Source: Lama guanicoe (Eukaryota). Taken from it: a stretch of DNA of 52,637 bases. Below the pieces are notes generated by a model. It saw nothing but the letters and a program-made list of their open reading frames with translations, did not search any database and was not told where the DNA came from. Positions 37,160 through 49,900 of the stretch are shown piece by piece. The number at the start of each line of letters is the position of its first letter. Within the stretch, counting starts at the first letter, position 1. Location of the stretch: contig MU054187.1 in NCBI GenBank assembly GCA_013239625.1, forward strand, positions 12,689,325 to 12,741,961. The letters are read 5' to 3'. The translations under genes were made by a program, and so were the position numbers.

Positions 37160-37482
37160 TCTGCATCCATTTTATTTGACCTCCAAAGTGACTGTGTGCA
37201 AGAAACAAAGTTACTCTCTTAACCTGCAAGACCCAGACCAAGTGTCAACTTTTCTAGGAAGCCTTGCCAGGCTCCTCACTGGGGGCTAGTGCATTCTTTC
37301 TGTGTTCAGTACATACTGAATGTGAGTCATTAATCTCATCTTTTAAAAATTGATTTGTCTATTTTCCCTCGGGGCCCATGAACTCCTTTCAAAGGCAAGG
37401 ATCACATTTTTCTCTGCACCCACAGCGCGTCCCCCAAGTCCCCACTGTGTGATAGGTGCTCAGTAAGCATGTGTGTGAATGG
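37160..37482 (+). mobile_element. L2 LINE 3' end
   Basis: 'caagacccagaccaagtgtcaacttttctaggaagcctt ... catgaactcctttcaaaggcaaggatcac ... ataggtgctcagtaagcatgtgtgtgaatg'. Confidence 0.75.
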
Positions 37483-39025
37483 CTGGTCCTCGGAGTTCTT
37501 TTTTAAATGATGACTCATTTGCATGTGAAAATATACTCATTTGCATATGGAAACATTTATCTTTAAGACGCCAAACCAGCTGTATCCTAATTAGGAATCG
37601 CTAAGTTATTAGCTTTGATAAAATGTGAGACAGCTCTTAAAGTGGGAAACATGGAAATTAAATCCAGGTCTTCAGTACCACCACATTACTGGGATATCAC
37701 ATAGTCCCATGACTGCCAGCTTCTTCCCTTCTAGGAGGTAGTGGGAAAAGCTCATGTTCTGTGTGAATGGGAATGACTGAAAAAAATGAGAAGTCAACCA
37801 TTCTCTCCGTGACGTGTAAATATGACATTACTTATTTGAGTCTTATCTGCAGCTGCTGTGTAGAAGGACTGTTGCTGTTTGACTTCTTTTTATACCTAGC
37901 TTGAGTAATAAGACTACTTGAACAAATGCATTTCTTCTCTCCCACCCTCTAGTCCAGCAGGCTGGTCTCTCTGCATCTGTGGTTTTCCATTGGTTGCGTG
38001 CCACACGGCTTAAGGCTGAACCTCCCTGAGTCCTTGAAATGTTGAATTTCTCTTCTTCATTTTTAAGATAATAGAAATGTATCTATTAATAATACAAACA
38101 TTAAGACATAATATTTTCCATACAGTTATTTACTTATTTATAAAGGTGGCTTCCAATAGGTCCATTGTTTGATTCTGTTAACAGTTACGAGATGTTTGAT
38201 AATGACATTATCCTGGCTCTGTTCTCAGGTATCTGAATGTTACCTTTAAATTGCCAAAATGGTTTCCTGAATTTGTACACAGTTCTAGCCCTTGGCCTAT
38301 AAATCTCAATACTGCCATTCCATTTTGGTTCTTGGTGTAAGTAAAATGTGTGTTTCTGTGTCCATATCCTGTGCATTGAGGGAAGAGATTTTTCTTCTCC
38401 ATTTATAATGGCTAATAATCATAATTGCTAGTATTTTTCTGAAGTTGGGCAATGGGATACGTGATAAAGAGTTGTGCTGGTGCCGCTTGCTGTAACTGAG
38501 TTTATGAGTTATAACTCTTACTCCAAATGAAATACAATTTTATTTGAGGTAGATCTGCAAGTGGGAGAATGACTATTAATTCTGCAATTCCAAAATAACT
38601 AATGTACTTGGTTTGAAGCCAGGTACACTGTGAGTTCTGGATTTAAGTGCTCTTGTGGGAAATACAGAGAGAGACTTTAACATATGGATTCTCAGAAGAA
38701 AATGCAACTGTTCCATACAAGAAATATTGAGTTATTCTTAGTACTTTTTAATGCGTGGTTGACTCTGTATTTTTGAGTGGTGCCATTTTTAACACTTGGC
38801 AATGCAAGCCAAAGATCTTCATTTCCTGGGGTAATTTTAATAACTCACCCATTCATACAGCAAGCATTTAGTGAGGATTGATGGTATAGCCCTGTACTTG
38901 ATTTGATGAGAAATACAAGGAAAGTGGAGGCAAGATCTGTCTTCACTGGATTTATAATATTGTTGGAAAATAAAAAAGATAAATGTGTATGCATGTATCT
39001 ATATAGATAGGTACACATAAGTATG

Positions 39026-39048
39026 TACACACACACACACACACACAC
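39026..39048. repeat. (CA)n microsatellite
   Basis: Read directly from the sequence. Confidence 0.9.
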
Positions 39049-39744
39049 GACAGGTAGAAAGCAAAATGGAACTTCATGATAATGTATTAAAAAATTCACA
39101 TTGACTCCCCTCTCTGCTGTGATCCAGGCAGAGGTTTTGGAACACCTGCCTTTGAGAAAGCTCATCATCGGATAGAGGGATGGGTGGGCCAGATGGATGG
39201 GGTGATAATCAAAGGATGAGCCAACTGCCTTGTGAGAACACTGTTGACATGGCTGTAAGTTCTGCCCGTGAGAGCGGAGGGAGGCTTCAGAGAAGAAGGG
39301 GAGTTTGAGTATGTTCTTGGAAGAAAGTGTAATCACACTGGGTTTTGTGTACATACGCACTGAGAGAGGGCAGAGAAGAACAGAGGTGCCTGTGAGGTCA
39401 CAAAGCCTCCTTTGACAACTGAGTTACATCTTGCAAGAAGTTTACATAGCACAAGGGTAAATATTTATAATTTATAGTGTTTGGTATATGCATGTCAAAG
39501 AAAGAAAAGTGGGAAGAGAGCTCAGGCAAGAAAACCCTCACAGGCAAAGGTGGAAGAGGGGTAACCAGTTACACGTAAGGAGAGTGGTCCACTGAAATGG
39601 AAGACCTTTCACTAAAAGAGACCAAATTAGGTGGATTTAGGGATAAACAGTATCTGACTGAGGGCTTGGGTCAAACGAGAAACGAAAGCTGTTTAAAAAA
39701 ATACAAAACATGATGCAGGTGCAGGTTATTCCAGAATATTGGTT

Positions 39745-39940
39745 AAACACAGACTGGCTTCGAATCACGGCTCCATCCATTACCGTCTGGCTGTGTGATC
39801 TTGGGCAAATTATTTATTGTCTCTGTGCCTTAGTGTCCTCATCTATAAAAAAGAGGAAGTACTAGTTTTTACCTCACAAGGTTGGCATGAGTATTCAATG
39901 AGTCAATATTTTTAAAAGTTTAGAACAAACCCAGCACATT
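39745..39940 (+). mobile_element. MIR SINE
   Basis: 'ggcttcgaatcacggctccatccattac ... gctgtgtgatcttgggcaaattattta ... ctctgtgccttagtgtcctcatctataaaa ... tacctcacaaggttg'. Confidence 0.85.
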
Positions 39941-40186
39941 GAGATAATATATGTATATATGTAACATATATAAAAGGATATACACTAGGTAGTAGAAAAC
40001 TAGCATGGCTTCTTAAGCAGTGGGTGTTAAAATAAAATGGTGTGTCCTGATACACAGGGCATAGGGAGGGAAGTTCTGGAGGCTGGCCGATGAGATGGGG
40101 CAGATTCCAGGGATGTTTGGATGAAGACAGTGAGGGCTTGGAGCAGAGTAGAGAAAAACTAAGAGGTTTGAATAGAAGATGTATTT

Positions 40187-40549
40187 ATTTTTTTGGAAGG
40201 GTATGTGTATAAGTTTTTACTGAATTATAGTCAATTTACAATGTTGTGTCAATTTCTGGTGACCAGCATAATGCTTCAGTCATACGTGAACATACATATA
40301 TTTGTCTTCATAGTCTTTTTCACTGTAAGTTACTACAGAATATTGAATATAGTTCCCTGTGCTATAGAGTATGAACTTGTTGTTTATCAGATTTTGTGAG
40401 AATCGTCTTATATTTGAAAGCAAGAAACACTGCCAGAGTTCAGTAGGTGTTCTGTGCAATTCAGTGGGTTTGTAGATGCAATTCTTGGTGTATTTGTGGG
40501 CGAGGGTGAGCTGTTAGTCTCTTTACTCGCCATCTTGGCACCGCCCCCC
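40187..40549 (-). mobile_element. Internally deleted, probably spliced L1: ~160 nt of 5'UTR fused to ~200 nt of 3' end, with TSD
   Basis: Minus strand starts GGGGGGCGGTGCCAAGATGGCGAGTA (L1 5' end with YY1 site) and joins at ~40388 to ATAAACAACAAGTTCATACTCTATAGCACAGGGAACTATATTC (L1 3'UTR), then an A-tail. TSD agaagatgtattt (40174-40186) and agaagacatattt (40550-40562). Confidence 0.85.
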
Positions 40550-41490
40550 AGAAGACATATTTCAAAGAAAGAAAGAACCGTTAGAACTTGTGGGATTGGG
40601 GTGGGTGTGAGGATGTGAGAAGTTGTAGCCAAAGATGACTCTAATGTTGAGGCTTTGAGAAGCTGGGAAGAGCCGGGGAGGGGGCATGGACAACAAATGA
40701 GAGAGTTATGCATGAATGGACCTCAAAGCTCTGTAAATGAAATCTACAGCACTTAGCCTGAATGTGCTCAAATAATAATAATCATTAGCTAGAATTTCAT
40801 CTTCCTTTGTGCTTTTCTGCAATTCTTTTGCCATCTGTTCTGGGAACAATTCAGGATGTCAGTGCTCTTTGAACAGAAAGCAAATTCTAAAAGAAGAGAT
40901 TTCTGATTTAAAAACATGGACTTTCCAAGCATTTATTAAATTATAAAATAAGACAAAGATAAGGAAAAACTTAACTTTCCAATCCCTTGGAATTTTACAG
41001 AATGAAGTTGAAAACTTATTTCAGTTGGGAATAGAAAAAACACAAACAATGAAGCGCAATAAAACAAAACAAAAACTCGGTTAAGAAATGACCCTGAGGC
41101 AAAGTCTTAAATCTTAAAGGTCAACAGGTCGGTATACTTTAAAAACTGTAATTATAGCTCTTAATTCTTCCCCGGGCTTACTGTGTCATGTTAAGGTTAT
41201 TCACTCCCATATACCATAGCCCATAATGTCACTGGAGGTATCCTTATGGCTTCTCCAGGTATTAAAGGAGCTTGATATGTTTTTGTTTCATTAATCTTTT
41301 CTCAGAGGCCAGTGATGAGTTCATCTGACTCTTTTCCATCAAGTTGAAAATTCTTTTCAATTAAAAACTCATCTCTACAGATGGTATTAGCATTAGGAGA
41401 GGCCTGTTCTGTCTAAAATAACAAATATTGAGATACTTCAGGAATTGCTCTATAAATCTTTGGAAGTAGAATCAACTAAAAGGTTCAGTT

Positions 41491-41516
41491 GTGTGTGTGT
41501 GTGTGTGTGTGTGTGT
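41491..41516. repeat. (GT)n microsatellite followed by (TTTTG)n
   Basis: Read directly from the sequence. Confidence 0.9.
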
Positions 41517-43216
41517 TTTGTTTTGTTTTATTTTGTTTTAAGTGAGTAAAAGTTGAACTGATGAGAATTTCGCCCATATGCTTTATTTATTATTGCTCAA
41601 ATGGATCAGTTTTATCCCAGTGCTTGGACAATTTTGTTGCACGTTAATGTGAAATATTGTGAATATTTTAACTGAACTATCAACTATGAAATACTTTATC
41701 CAAAACATTATGATTACAAAGGCAATAAGAGAAACAGTTTAAACCAGGAGAGAATGCTCTGTTAAAGAGGATTAGAGAGACCATTTATTGAATAGTATGG
41801 ATTTCTTCCAAGCCCCTGTGTGCAGAAAGCATGCAATGCGTGAATAATTCATCTAGAAATTCTATCGTGAAGTTGTATCAGTTTCCACAGTAAAACCTGG
41901 CCACAGAGGAGGAAAATACATCAACATCTGTGACAAGCTCTATGAAGAGACATTGGCAAAGCCTTTCAGGCACCAGGAGCAAAGCAAAATATAATAAATT
42001 CACTTAAGTGTCAAATTTGTGTCGGCTGAATAATGACACCATATGTCTGGGCTGCTATGTCACCATAGGCTGCTCTGAAAAAACACATGGCTTTATGGAA
42101 ACGGCTGTCAGCCTGGGGAAGAAACCTTGCTGGCTACTGCCCTTCTATCAAAGAAAACACAGGCCATCCAATAAATGCAGCTCTGATGATCAGAAATGAC
42201 TGGTGTTTGGTTTGGTCTGGTTTGAACTAATTGGCCAGCATCTAGAGAGAGCCTGCTGTTTAGATTAGGGCATGAACAGTTAGAGCCTGTTTTGGGTGTG
42301 TTCCTTTAAATCTCCAAGTGAGGGGGAGCAAGGTTTTCAAACTCATCAGTTGGCCTGTTCTGCATGGGTCTTAATGATACACCTGTCTTCATCTAGCTCT
42401 TAGCAACTCCCTTCATGGTATTTTATAGGCGTTGTCTCACCAATCCTTACAGCATCCTCGGGAGGCGTCAAGGACTCAGATTTATTTTCTTCCAGGGCAA
42501 ACCGAGGCACAGAAAGGTTACGGTCACATTAGCCCTTAGGACGCATGATTCTGGGGACGACTCAACCTTCTTTACTCCAGTTGGTCAGCATTTGACCAGG
42601 CGTGCCAGACACACTTTATGGGAAGGAGGATTTGTCCTTCTCTCCTGGGCTGCTGCCTCCTTCTCCTGGCGTGCACAGTGCTGGCCAGGTGCCCACTTCA
42701 AGGCTGCTTCTCCACTCCAAAGGCTCTGCGCCTGGGTCAGCAGCCGTGTGAGTGGGATTCCACAGTTGTCGTTGGGAAGCTGTTACCAGAGTTTTCCTGC
42801 TTGGACACAGAGACTCCATTGCATGGTGATTACGTCCTGGGTAACTGCTCTGAACAGCCTGGAGCTCTGCAGGGTACACGGTCCCCCCGCACACTGGAAT
42901 CGGCAGCCCCGTGTCAGCTGCACGCCTCCTGCATTGTCTGGACCTTGGTTTCCATCACAGTTAGTCCAGTGGTACTTATAGTAGATTGTGGCCAAGATAA
43001 GCATTTGGAATGGTTTATACTTAATTTTATTCATAAGGGCAGAGGCAGGACCAAGAAAATTGTGTGACTCAATCTGATATAAGGAAATCTACTTTATATA
43101 TATATATATGAGTTTTCCACATAAGAGCCTTTCCCCCCAAAGAATTTAAAGTTAAAAACTTTTAAACAATGCACTCAGCAAAAGGCTGCATATCTCAGTC
43201 ACTTAGAGAGTCTTCC

Positions 43217-43254
43217 TGTGTGTGTGTGTGTGTTTGTATGTGTGTGTGTGTGTG
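43217..43254. repeat. Imperfect (TG)n microsatellite
   Basis: Read directly from the sequence. Confidence 0.9.
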
Positions 43255-43689
43255 ACTGATTCACTGGATCCAGAGCACAGCCTGGGATTTTAATAAGCCC
43301 TCCCCTGTGAGTCTGATGTGAAGTCAGTGATGCCTCAGAGGGCTGCACATGCCTCAGTTCCTCTAGCCCTGCCGCTCAGGAGTATAAAACATCAAGGGCA
43401 AAGTGAAACAGATAAAAAAGATTTGTGGTTTCCTGACCAGACAGAGGTGTTTCCCATTCAGCAGTGTAATGTCAAGAAATGGAGAGGATATTCTAAATGC
43501 AGCAGTTCAGGCTGAATCTGAAAAATGGACTTTAAGGCATGTAAAGGAAGCCTGTGGAGCAAGCACAGTGAGAACTTGCGATGGATTTCTGCACCCCATC
43601 ACTATCCTAGTTCCCCATCCCTAGTTGTTTGTGATAGTAACCCAGTTCTCTGTCGACTGCTTTTCCTTTCTTGAAATCAAAGGACAGAG

Positions 43690-44205
43690 GGTATGCAGAG
43701 AAATGATGGCCACAAATTCAGAAAGTATATATTTCTCCATCTCCTTGAGCTTGGGCTGAACCTGTGACTGATTTAATCAACAAAACCATCAGAAGTGATG
43801 CCATGTCCATTCTCAGCCCACATCTTTGAAAGGACTGGCTGCCTATGCTTCTCCTCTCTTACCTCCTTAGCTCAGGTGTTGCTCCCTCTTGAAACCCTAC
43901 TGCCATCCGGATGTGTAGCCCAGATCAGAGGAAGAGGCTGCATCCAAACATTTTGTTCAACATTCTTACAAGCTCATGGCCAAGAACCAATATTCACTCT
44001 TGGCAAGGAGAGTGAACCATCTTGGGAGTTCTAGCCCAGTTGAGCCCCAGATAACTGCAACCTCCATCAGCATCACGTGGAGCAGAAGTACCGCCCAACT
44101 GAGCTCGGTCAACTCATACAGTCTCAAGAATTAACACAACAGTGGGTGTTTTATGCCCACTAAGTTTTGGGGTGGTTTGTTACACAGCAACAAATAATTG
44201 AAACA
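43690..44205 (+). mobile_element. MLT1 (MLT1H-like) ERVL-MaLR solo LTR
   Basis: 'gatggccacaaattc ... ccttgagcttgggctgaacctgtgactg ... cagaagtgatgccatg ... cacgtggagcagaagtaccgcccaactgagc ... cactaagttttggggtggtttgttacacagcaacaaataattgaaaca'. Confidence 0.88.
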
Positions 44206-44412
44206 AAGTGTATTTTCCAGTCCATGGCATTCTGAAGGCGAAGATTTGGATCACAACTACAATTTCAATGTAGTACTTTGGCTGTACCTTCACCTACTTT
44301 GTGGTAACTACATTCCCATCATGTTCTTCCCACATAATTTCTCTAAGTGATATCCAGAACATACAATATGTGGACCAGTCCTTTTGGCCACTATTTGATA
44401 TTGGCTATTTTA

Positions 44413-44630
44413 TTTTTATTATTTATTTATTTAAAATTTTTTTTAACATTTTTTATTGATTTAAAATCATTTTACAATGTTGTGTCAAATTCCAGTGTAG
44501 AGCACAATTTTTCAGTTACACATGAACATATGTATATATTCATTGTCACATTTTTTTCTCTGTGAGCTACCATAAGATCTTGTGTATATTTCTCTGTGCT
44601 ATACAGTATAATCTTGTTTATCTATTCTAC
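44413..44630 (-). mobile_element. Young 5'-truncated L1 3' end (camelid type) with perfect 20-bp TSD
   Basis: 'aacattttttattgatttaaaatcattttacaatgttgtgtcaaattccagtgtagagcacaatttttcagtt...'; TSD atttgatattggctatttta at 44393-44412 and 44631-44650. Confidence 0.92.
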
Positions 44631-46669
44631 ATTTGATATTGGCTATTTTAAAATTCTCACTTGGATGACATCTCTGCTCTTAGGTGATGTCTTGTTTGCC
44701 GAGTAGGAGCCCGGCCCCCAGTGTCTCTGAAGCTGCACTGCTGTTGACCATGATGGCTGTTGAAGATGACCGTGGGCCTGAAGGTGAGGGCCCTGGGATC
44801 TGAATCAAAGTGCCATCTCTGTTACTATTGCAGCTACTGGTGCCACTGGAGCTTTGGGAAATACTTCATTATTATAATTAGCAACCTAAGTGGCTATATA
44901 TTTATAGTAAATAACTGTTTCTTTCAATTGAACTAAAGAGTTAAGGTGTACTGCTTAGATAATTCTTCCTCTTCCTCTCCCTCTCCCTCCCCCACTTCTT
45001 CTTCACGCAAATATTCTAAATTAAGAACCCTGGATCAATGTTGCCATAGTTGAAACATTTAGCCTACAAAGAGATGACCAATCAAATTGTTTTAATAGGG
45101 TCCAGGTGGGGAGGCTTCTAATCAGGTTTTCCTCAGCAGGAATTCCTGCTTTATTTATGTGAGCTAAAAGTATTTGACTAATTTTTTATTCTTTAAATAA
45201 TATGAGTAGAAGATGAAATATTGTTCTCTTTAAACACTAATGATATCTTTAACAACATCACAGCCTAAAAAATAGGAAATATTTAAAAAACAAAGATTGG
45301 AAATCCAGAGAACAGATTTTTGTCTCTAATCCACTAATTTGGTAGATGTTTGGTATCACATTTATTACACCAATATCTTGGGATTATTTCTGGGAAATAG
45401 TTGTGTGTACTTCCTTTTTTTTCTGTTCTATAGGACTGAAGTTGAAGCAGATGGAAAATATTTAAAGTAAAAGATCATTGTTTGAAAATATGAGGATACA
45501 TACAAATTTAGTGAGATGGGAAATGAGAGAATAAGAGGAAATAAACACAAAGCAGGAGGGTATCAAGGTGGAATTGTCTTCTGAGCATATGTTATAGAGC
45601 AGCTCAATTCTCTTGAATGTGGTTTTGGAAGATTGGAAGGAAGGAGAAAGTCCATGTTTCCTGGGCATTAGGGCATCAAGAGATTAATGGGAAATTGAAG
45701 GGGACCTTCATGCCTGAAACAGAACCCTCTATGATGTTCTTCTTTGAGATCCTTAGAGAAATAAGATCAGAAAAGGATTCTACTAACTGATTAGGCTACT
45801 TCCTACAGTAATATGGTGATTGGACAATGATTAATCCCCTGTGACATTGGTGCATTTCCAGTGTCAAGAAACATCTTAGAAAAATGGAAACATCAGAAAG
45901 AACTGGAAAAATGGATGCTTTCCATACTATTTTATCTGCCCCCCCAAAGATTTAAGGGGTCCCTTTTCAGAAAGCTAAATACTAATGTTGGAGAATTATT
46001 GTTAAATATTTCTAAAAGCAGATTGAGTTCCTTTGAGTCATGTTAGGCTTGGTGGTTTTCACAGCAGAGTATGAATAGGTCCTTGCTTAGTTAACTCGGC
46101 TGTTTTTCCTCATAATGAACATCTGGTTAAATTCTTATATACAAATGTGAAGGAATTCTGTTTTTTGGAGGTACAGTTCTAGGAGTCCATGTGACACTTG
46201 GAACTCTCTTTAACCTGCCAAAAGATGCTCTGATAACTTTCAAATTTTGAGACTCACTTTGTCAGACACGTTGGCAGGAGGCTTTTATTTGAGGAGTAAA
46301 CCTTTTAGAAGTAGGACCCCTTGGCCAATTTGGAAGATTTTGAATTTTTGTTGGAACAATGAAGTTGAGTTCTAAACCCTTTCACCACATGTTATAAATA
46401 TTAACAGTGAAGGTAATGTGGGTGGTGGAGATTTTTTTTTTTTGAAATGGGGATTTCAGTATTGGCTGAGATGATAATAAAGTCATTCACTGAGAAACAG
46501 AACAGGAGGTTGTTCTAATTTTATATTTGCCCGTTTTTCATGAAGGGGAAGGGAACAAGAAACAGCTTTAGCATAGTAATCAAATTTACAGGGTCAATAC
46601 TAATGGATATAATGGGTTAGGCCAAATTACACAAGTATTTATAGTTTGAAATTTTGAGGAAGCACTTTC

Positions 46670-46905
46670 CTTAGTAGTTAAGAAGGCAGGCTCTATGGGG
46701 CTTAAGCCCTAGCCCTGACCCTTACAAGCTACGTGAGCTTGAGCCGTACCGAACTTAAACAACTTGCCTTATTTTCTCACCCTTGTGCCTGCTAGGGTTA
46801 ATAATTGGACCTAACTCATGAAATAGTTGTGAAGATTTATTTTAGTTCTTGGTATGATATCTGGAGTGAAGCACTAAATGCTCAATAAATATCAGATGTT
46901 GCTCT
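46670..46905 (+). mobile_element. MIR SINE
   Basis: 'tagtagttaagaaggcaggctct ... ccctagccctgacccttacaagctacgtgagcttgagc ... gttgtgaagatt ... aaatgctcaataaatatcag'. Confidence 0.7.
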
Positions 46906-49900
46906 TACTAAACAGAAAAAATTGCCCGTGAACACAGGAAGAAAAAGAAAAAGAATTTCTTGCTAGCGTTTCCTGGTGTCTTTCAGATATGAGGAAAGAG
47001 AGTGGGCGAATTGAGAGAATTTCCACAATGATGCACATGAGTTTAAGGAATTATTCCTTACATAAGCGTCTTACTTGCAATGCTTAATATGTTGGCTTTA
47101 ATGGTATTAATTCTTTTGGTACCCTTCCTTAAACACATACTGAGCTAGAACTCTTCTTCTGCCTTGCTGGACATGGAAGATCTCTAGCATCCCCTTCATT
47201 TTATTATTGAACCACAATTATGCTTCCATAAAACCAGCCAAGCAGCAGAGGCAAGACACTGGAGCCATATGGGAGCATGGCACACAGCAGAATGCAGTTC
47301 CAAATTTGGAAGCAAGGTCAGAAAATGTCACTTCTGAAGGTGAATATCAGAAGAGAAAACATTATAGATTAATTTGTCATCTTCTCAACTGCAGAAGTAA
47401 GCTCTCTGTTTGGAGTCTAATTTGTGTGTTGCCCACAAAGCTATTTTGTTTCCAGATTTTTATATTGGAAATGCACAGTGCCTCACAAATTCAGTCAAAG
47501 GCCCTGGACCTTTTCCCTGGCCCTGTCAAAGTTATTGGGTTCTTTTGTTATTTTTTTTTTCAGAAAAAGAATGTTATAATTTACTCAATCACATTTTTAA
47601 AGGGATTATCGCCTTATTGTTTAGGATGGTAGTGATTTACCTAAATTCTAGAAAAATATTAGGAGACTAGTTTATCGGAGGGTCAGCACTGACCAAAAAT
47701 TGTCCTCCTGTCCTCTTTGAGAACTGTTCCTAGAAATGGATTGGGTAGCACAGCTTGTCACCCCTTGGTGGTAGTTCCTGTGAGCATCACCCAGTGCCTT
47801 TTAAATGTAATTTAGATTCCTATGTGACTTTTCCTCTAGAGGAAATAATGACCTGATTACACTCAAAGGCCACTCTGAGCCTTTGGGAGTTATATTTATC
47901 ACTGTGAATTAATACTTTGGTGTTTTGAATCAGTCTTATAGGTATTTGGCTCATGTCAATATCCGGAAGCCAGTCACCCTCAGTTAATAGAAAAAAACCC
48001 AAAACACAATACATTGCAGAGCTGGACCTAGCAGAGGCTGCAGTGGGCCTTTTCAAGATGCAGCCATGCAGGGCCAGTCTAGGGCAGTCAGCATCCCTGC
48101 TGACCTTGCTCACCTGCAACCCTGCAGCGAGGACCTCGAAGGTCAGGGAAATCTAGCCTCCCTTTCTTCCAGCCTCCATCTACAGAAACATATATTACCA
48201 CACTCCCGTGAGGCTAGGCAGTGTTCTGATTTTTCATAAATTGGCAGAGGGTGGGAAGAAAGTAATTCAATTGACTAAGGAATTAGTGAGAATAACAGCT
48301 GAGATCCTGTGAGGTTTCCTAATCTCAGCTCCAATTATGATATCACCGGCACAGCGTCGGAGAAGACGCTCGATTTGTGCTGCATTTTCTTGGCCTGGAT
48401 CTAATTCTACTAAAAACTGAAGGTGAGATTTTATTTCTTACATCTCAAGTTCTTGGCAAATATCCAGAGAAGTACAGGATCAAAAAGTAGTGTTTGTTTA
48501 AAGTCTGTCTTGTTCAGTGGGGTAATAATAAGGCTGACGACTGAGGAAATGTGTCTGAGAACTACAGAAAGGTGAATGCATATAATCAAAATATGGCTAA
48601 TATTTAAACTCGCCCTCAAGTCCACCCGTGACATTGGTTCCTGATACATCTTGGATCTTGATGTGGTTATAAAAACTCATCCTGAGAAGTAAACTCCTCC
48701 CAAAGTCGTTAGGGCCCAGATAATAAAAAGTTTTAATTAGACATATCCTGTTTGTTCTCATAAAATCTAAAGAAAATATTAACTATTTTTGCCTGTCCTG
48801 TTTAGTTTATGGAGAAATTGTGTTCAAGGAAATCCATATGCCTTTTGAGAACCAGTTTGAGATGGGGAATACTTTTCCTGGCTTTATAAAAAAAAAAGTG
48901 CCAACCCAAACATAGCCGTGGCTGACAGCCGCTGCCCTCTGCTTTACCTGTGGGAAGTGGCGCAAACCCCAGGAGCCTGCGCACAGAATGCCCCAGGCAC
49001 CAAACCTGCAGTCTTAGAAGCCACTAACAAGGTTATTTCTTCTCGCTGACACTTCGCCAGGAACATAAAGAAGATGGGCTACCTCTTAAACTCCTGGCTA
49101 CCTCTGCTCCCCCTGCAGTCACAAGTTCTTTGTTTATCTTTTCTTTTGGAACCCTGGGAAAAGTATATCAAAGTGACTGGATTTGCCAAAATTTGTGCAC
49201 TTAGCAGCTGGCGCTGTGACAAACGCCTGCAGAGAAGAGAAAAGATTCCTGTGTTTCTGAGTGTTATTTTCTCCCTTGAGAGGTTTCCAGAGACTTGAAA
49301 GGAGGGCCGTGCCGAGGAACTGATTAAATTTGCTCGTATGGAAATTGAAAGTCGGTGTGAACAACCCGCTCTCTCTGCCTCTGCTCCCGGCCCAGCTGCC
49401 CAGGTAACCAGGGCTCCTTATCACAGAGACGAGGGCTGGAAAATGCCAGCGCAGCCCCCGTCCCCTAATACCTGGCAAGCGGAGGGCTGTTCCCTGTGGT
49501 CTCCATTGTTTAGTCTGGTTGAATTTTAAAACATGCTTCAGGAAGACAGTGGTCCAGATTTCCTTGGGGAGTTCTCTTCATAGATGAAAACTTGTTCGGC
49601 TAATAAGTTGAAGATTTCTTTTGCTTCAGCTCATCCTATTATTTTGAGACAGTCTTGCCTCTTCTGTGCTTTGTGGTCTTAGGAAATTATTCAGTTCTCC
49701 GATTTCTCCACATCTGAAGAGGGGGATTGTATCATCATTAAAATACTGTTTGGAGACGACGGGAAAGAGCTGGGGCCACAGCGAGTGTTTAAACCATCCG
49801 CTCCAGGACTAGCTCCATGTGGCCTCCCTCAATATTACTTCAGAAAACTCGAGGTTTTCAGAATCTGAAGAAAGCCCTGGCGAATTTTGTGGTTGGCCTG

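Noticed and set aside
38845..39360. 171-aa minus-strand ORF
   Set aside because: It runs through a (CA)n microsatellite (VCVCVCV) and has no protein-like features.
42415..43067. Longest ORFs (188 aa and 149 aa) and overlapping antisense ORFs
   Set aside because: No recognisable domain, ORFs open in several frames and on both strands in a GC-richer patch, and a MIR-like fragment at the start; consistent with chance.
48297..48370. Two adjacent short hairpins (9-bp and 6-bp stems)
   Set aside because: Stems this short are expected by chance in 52 kb and match no RNA family I recognise.
48884..48900. TATAAAA box-like motif (also at ~43384)
   Set aside because: Common in AT-rich DNA, with no other promoter evidence.
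49772..49782. ggggccacagc, matching the start of the CPEB3 HDV-like ribozyme
   Set aside because: The downstream sequence lacks the P1 partner and the rest of the ribozyme.
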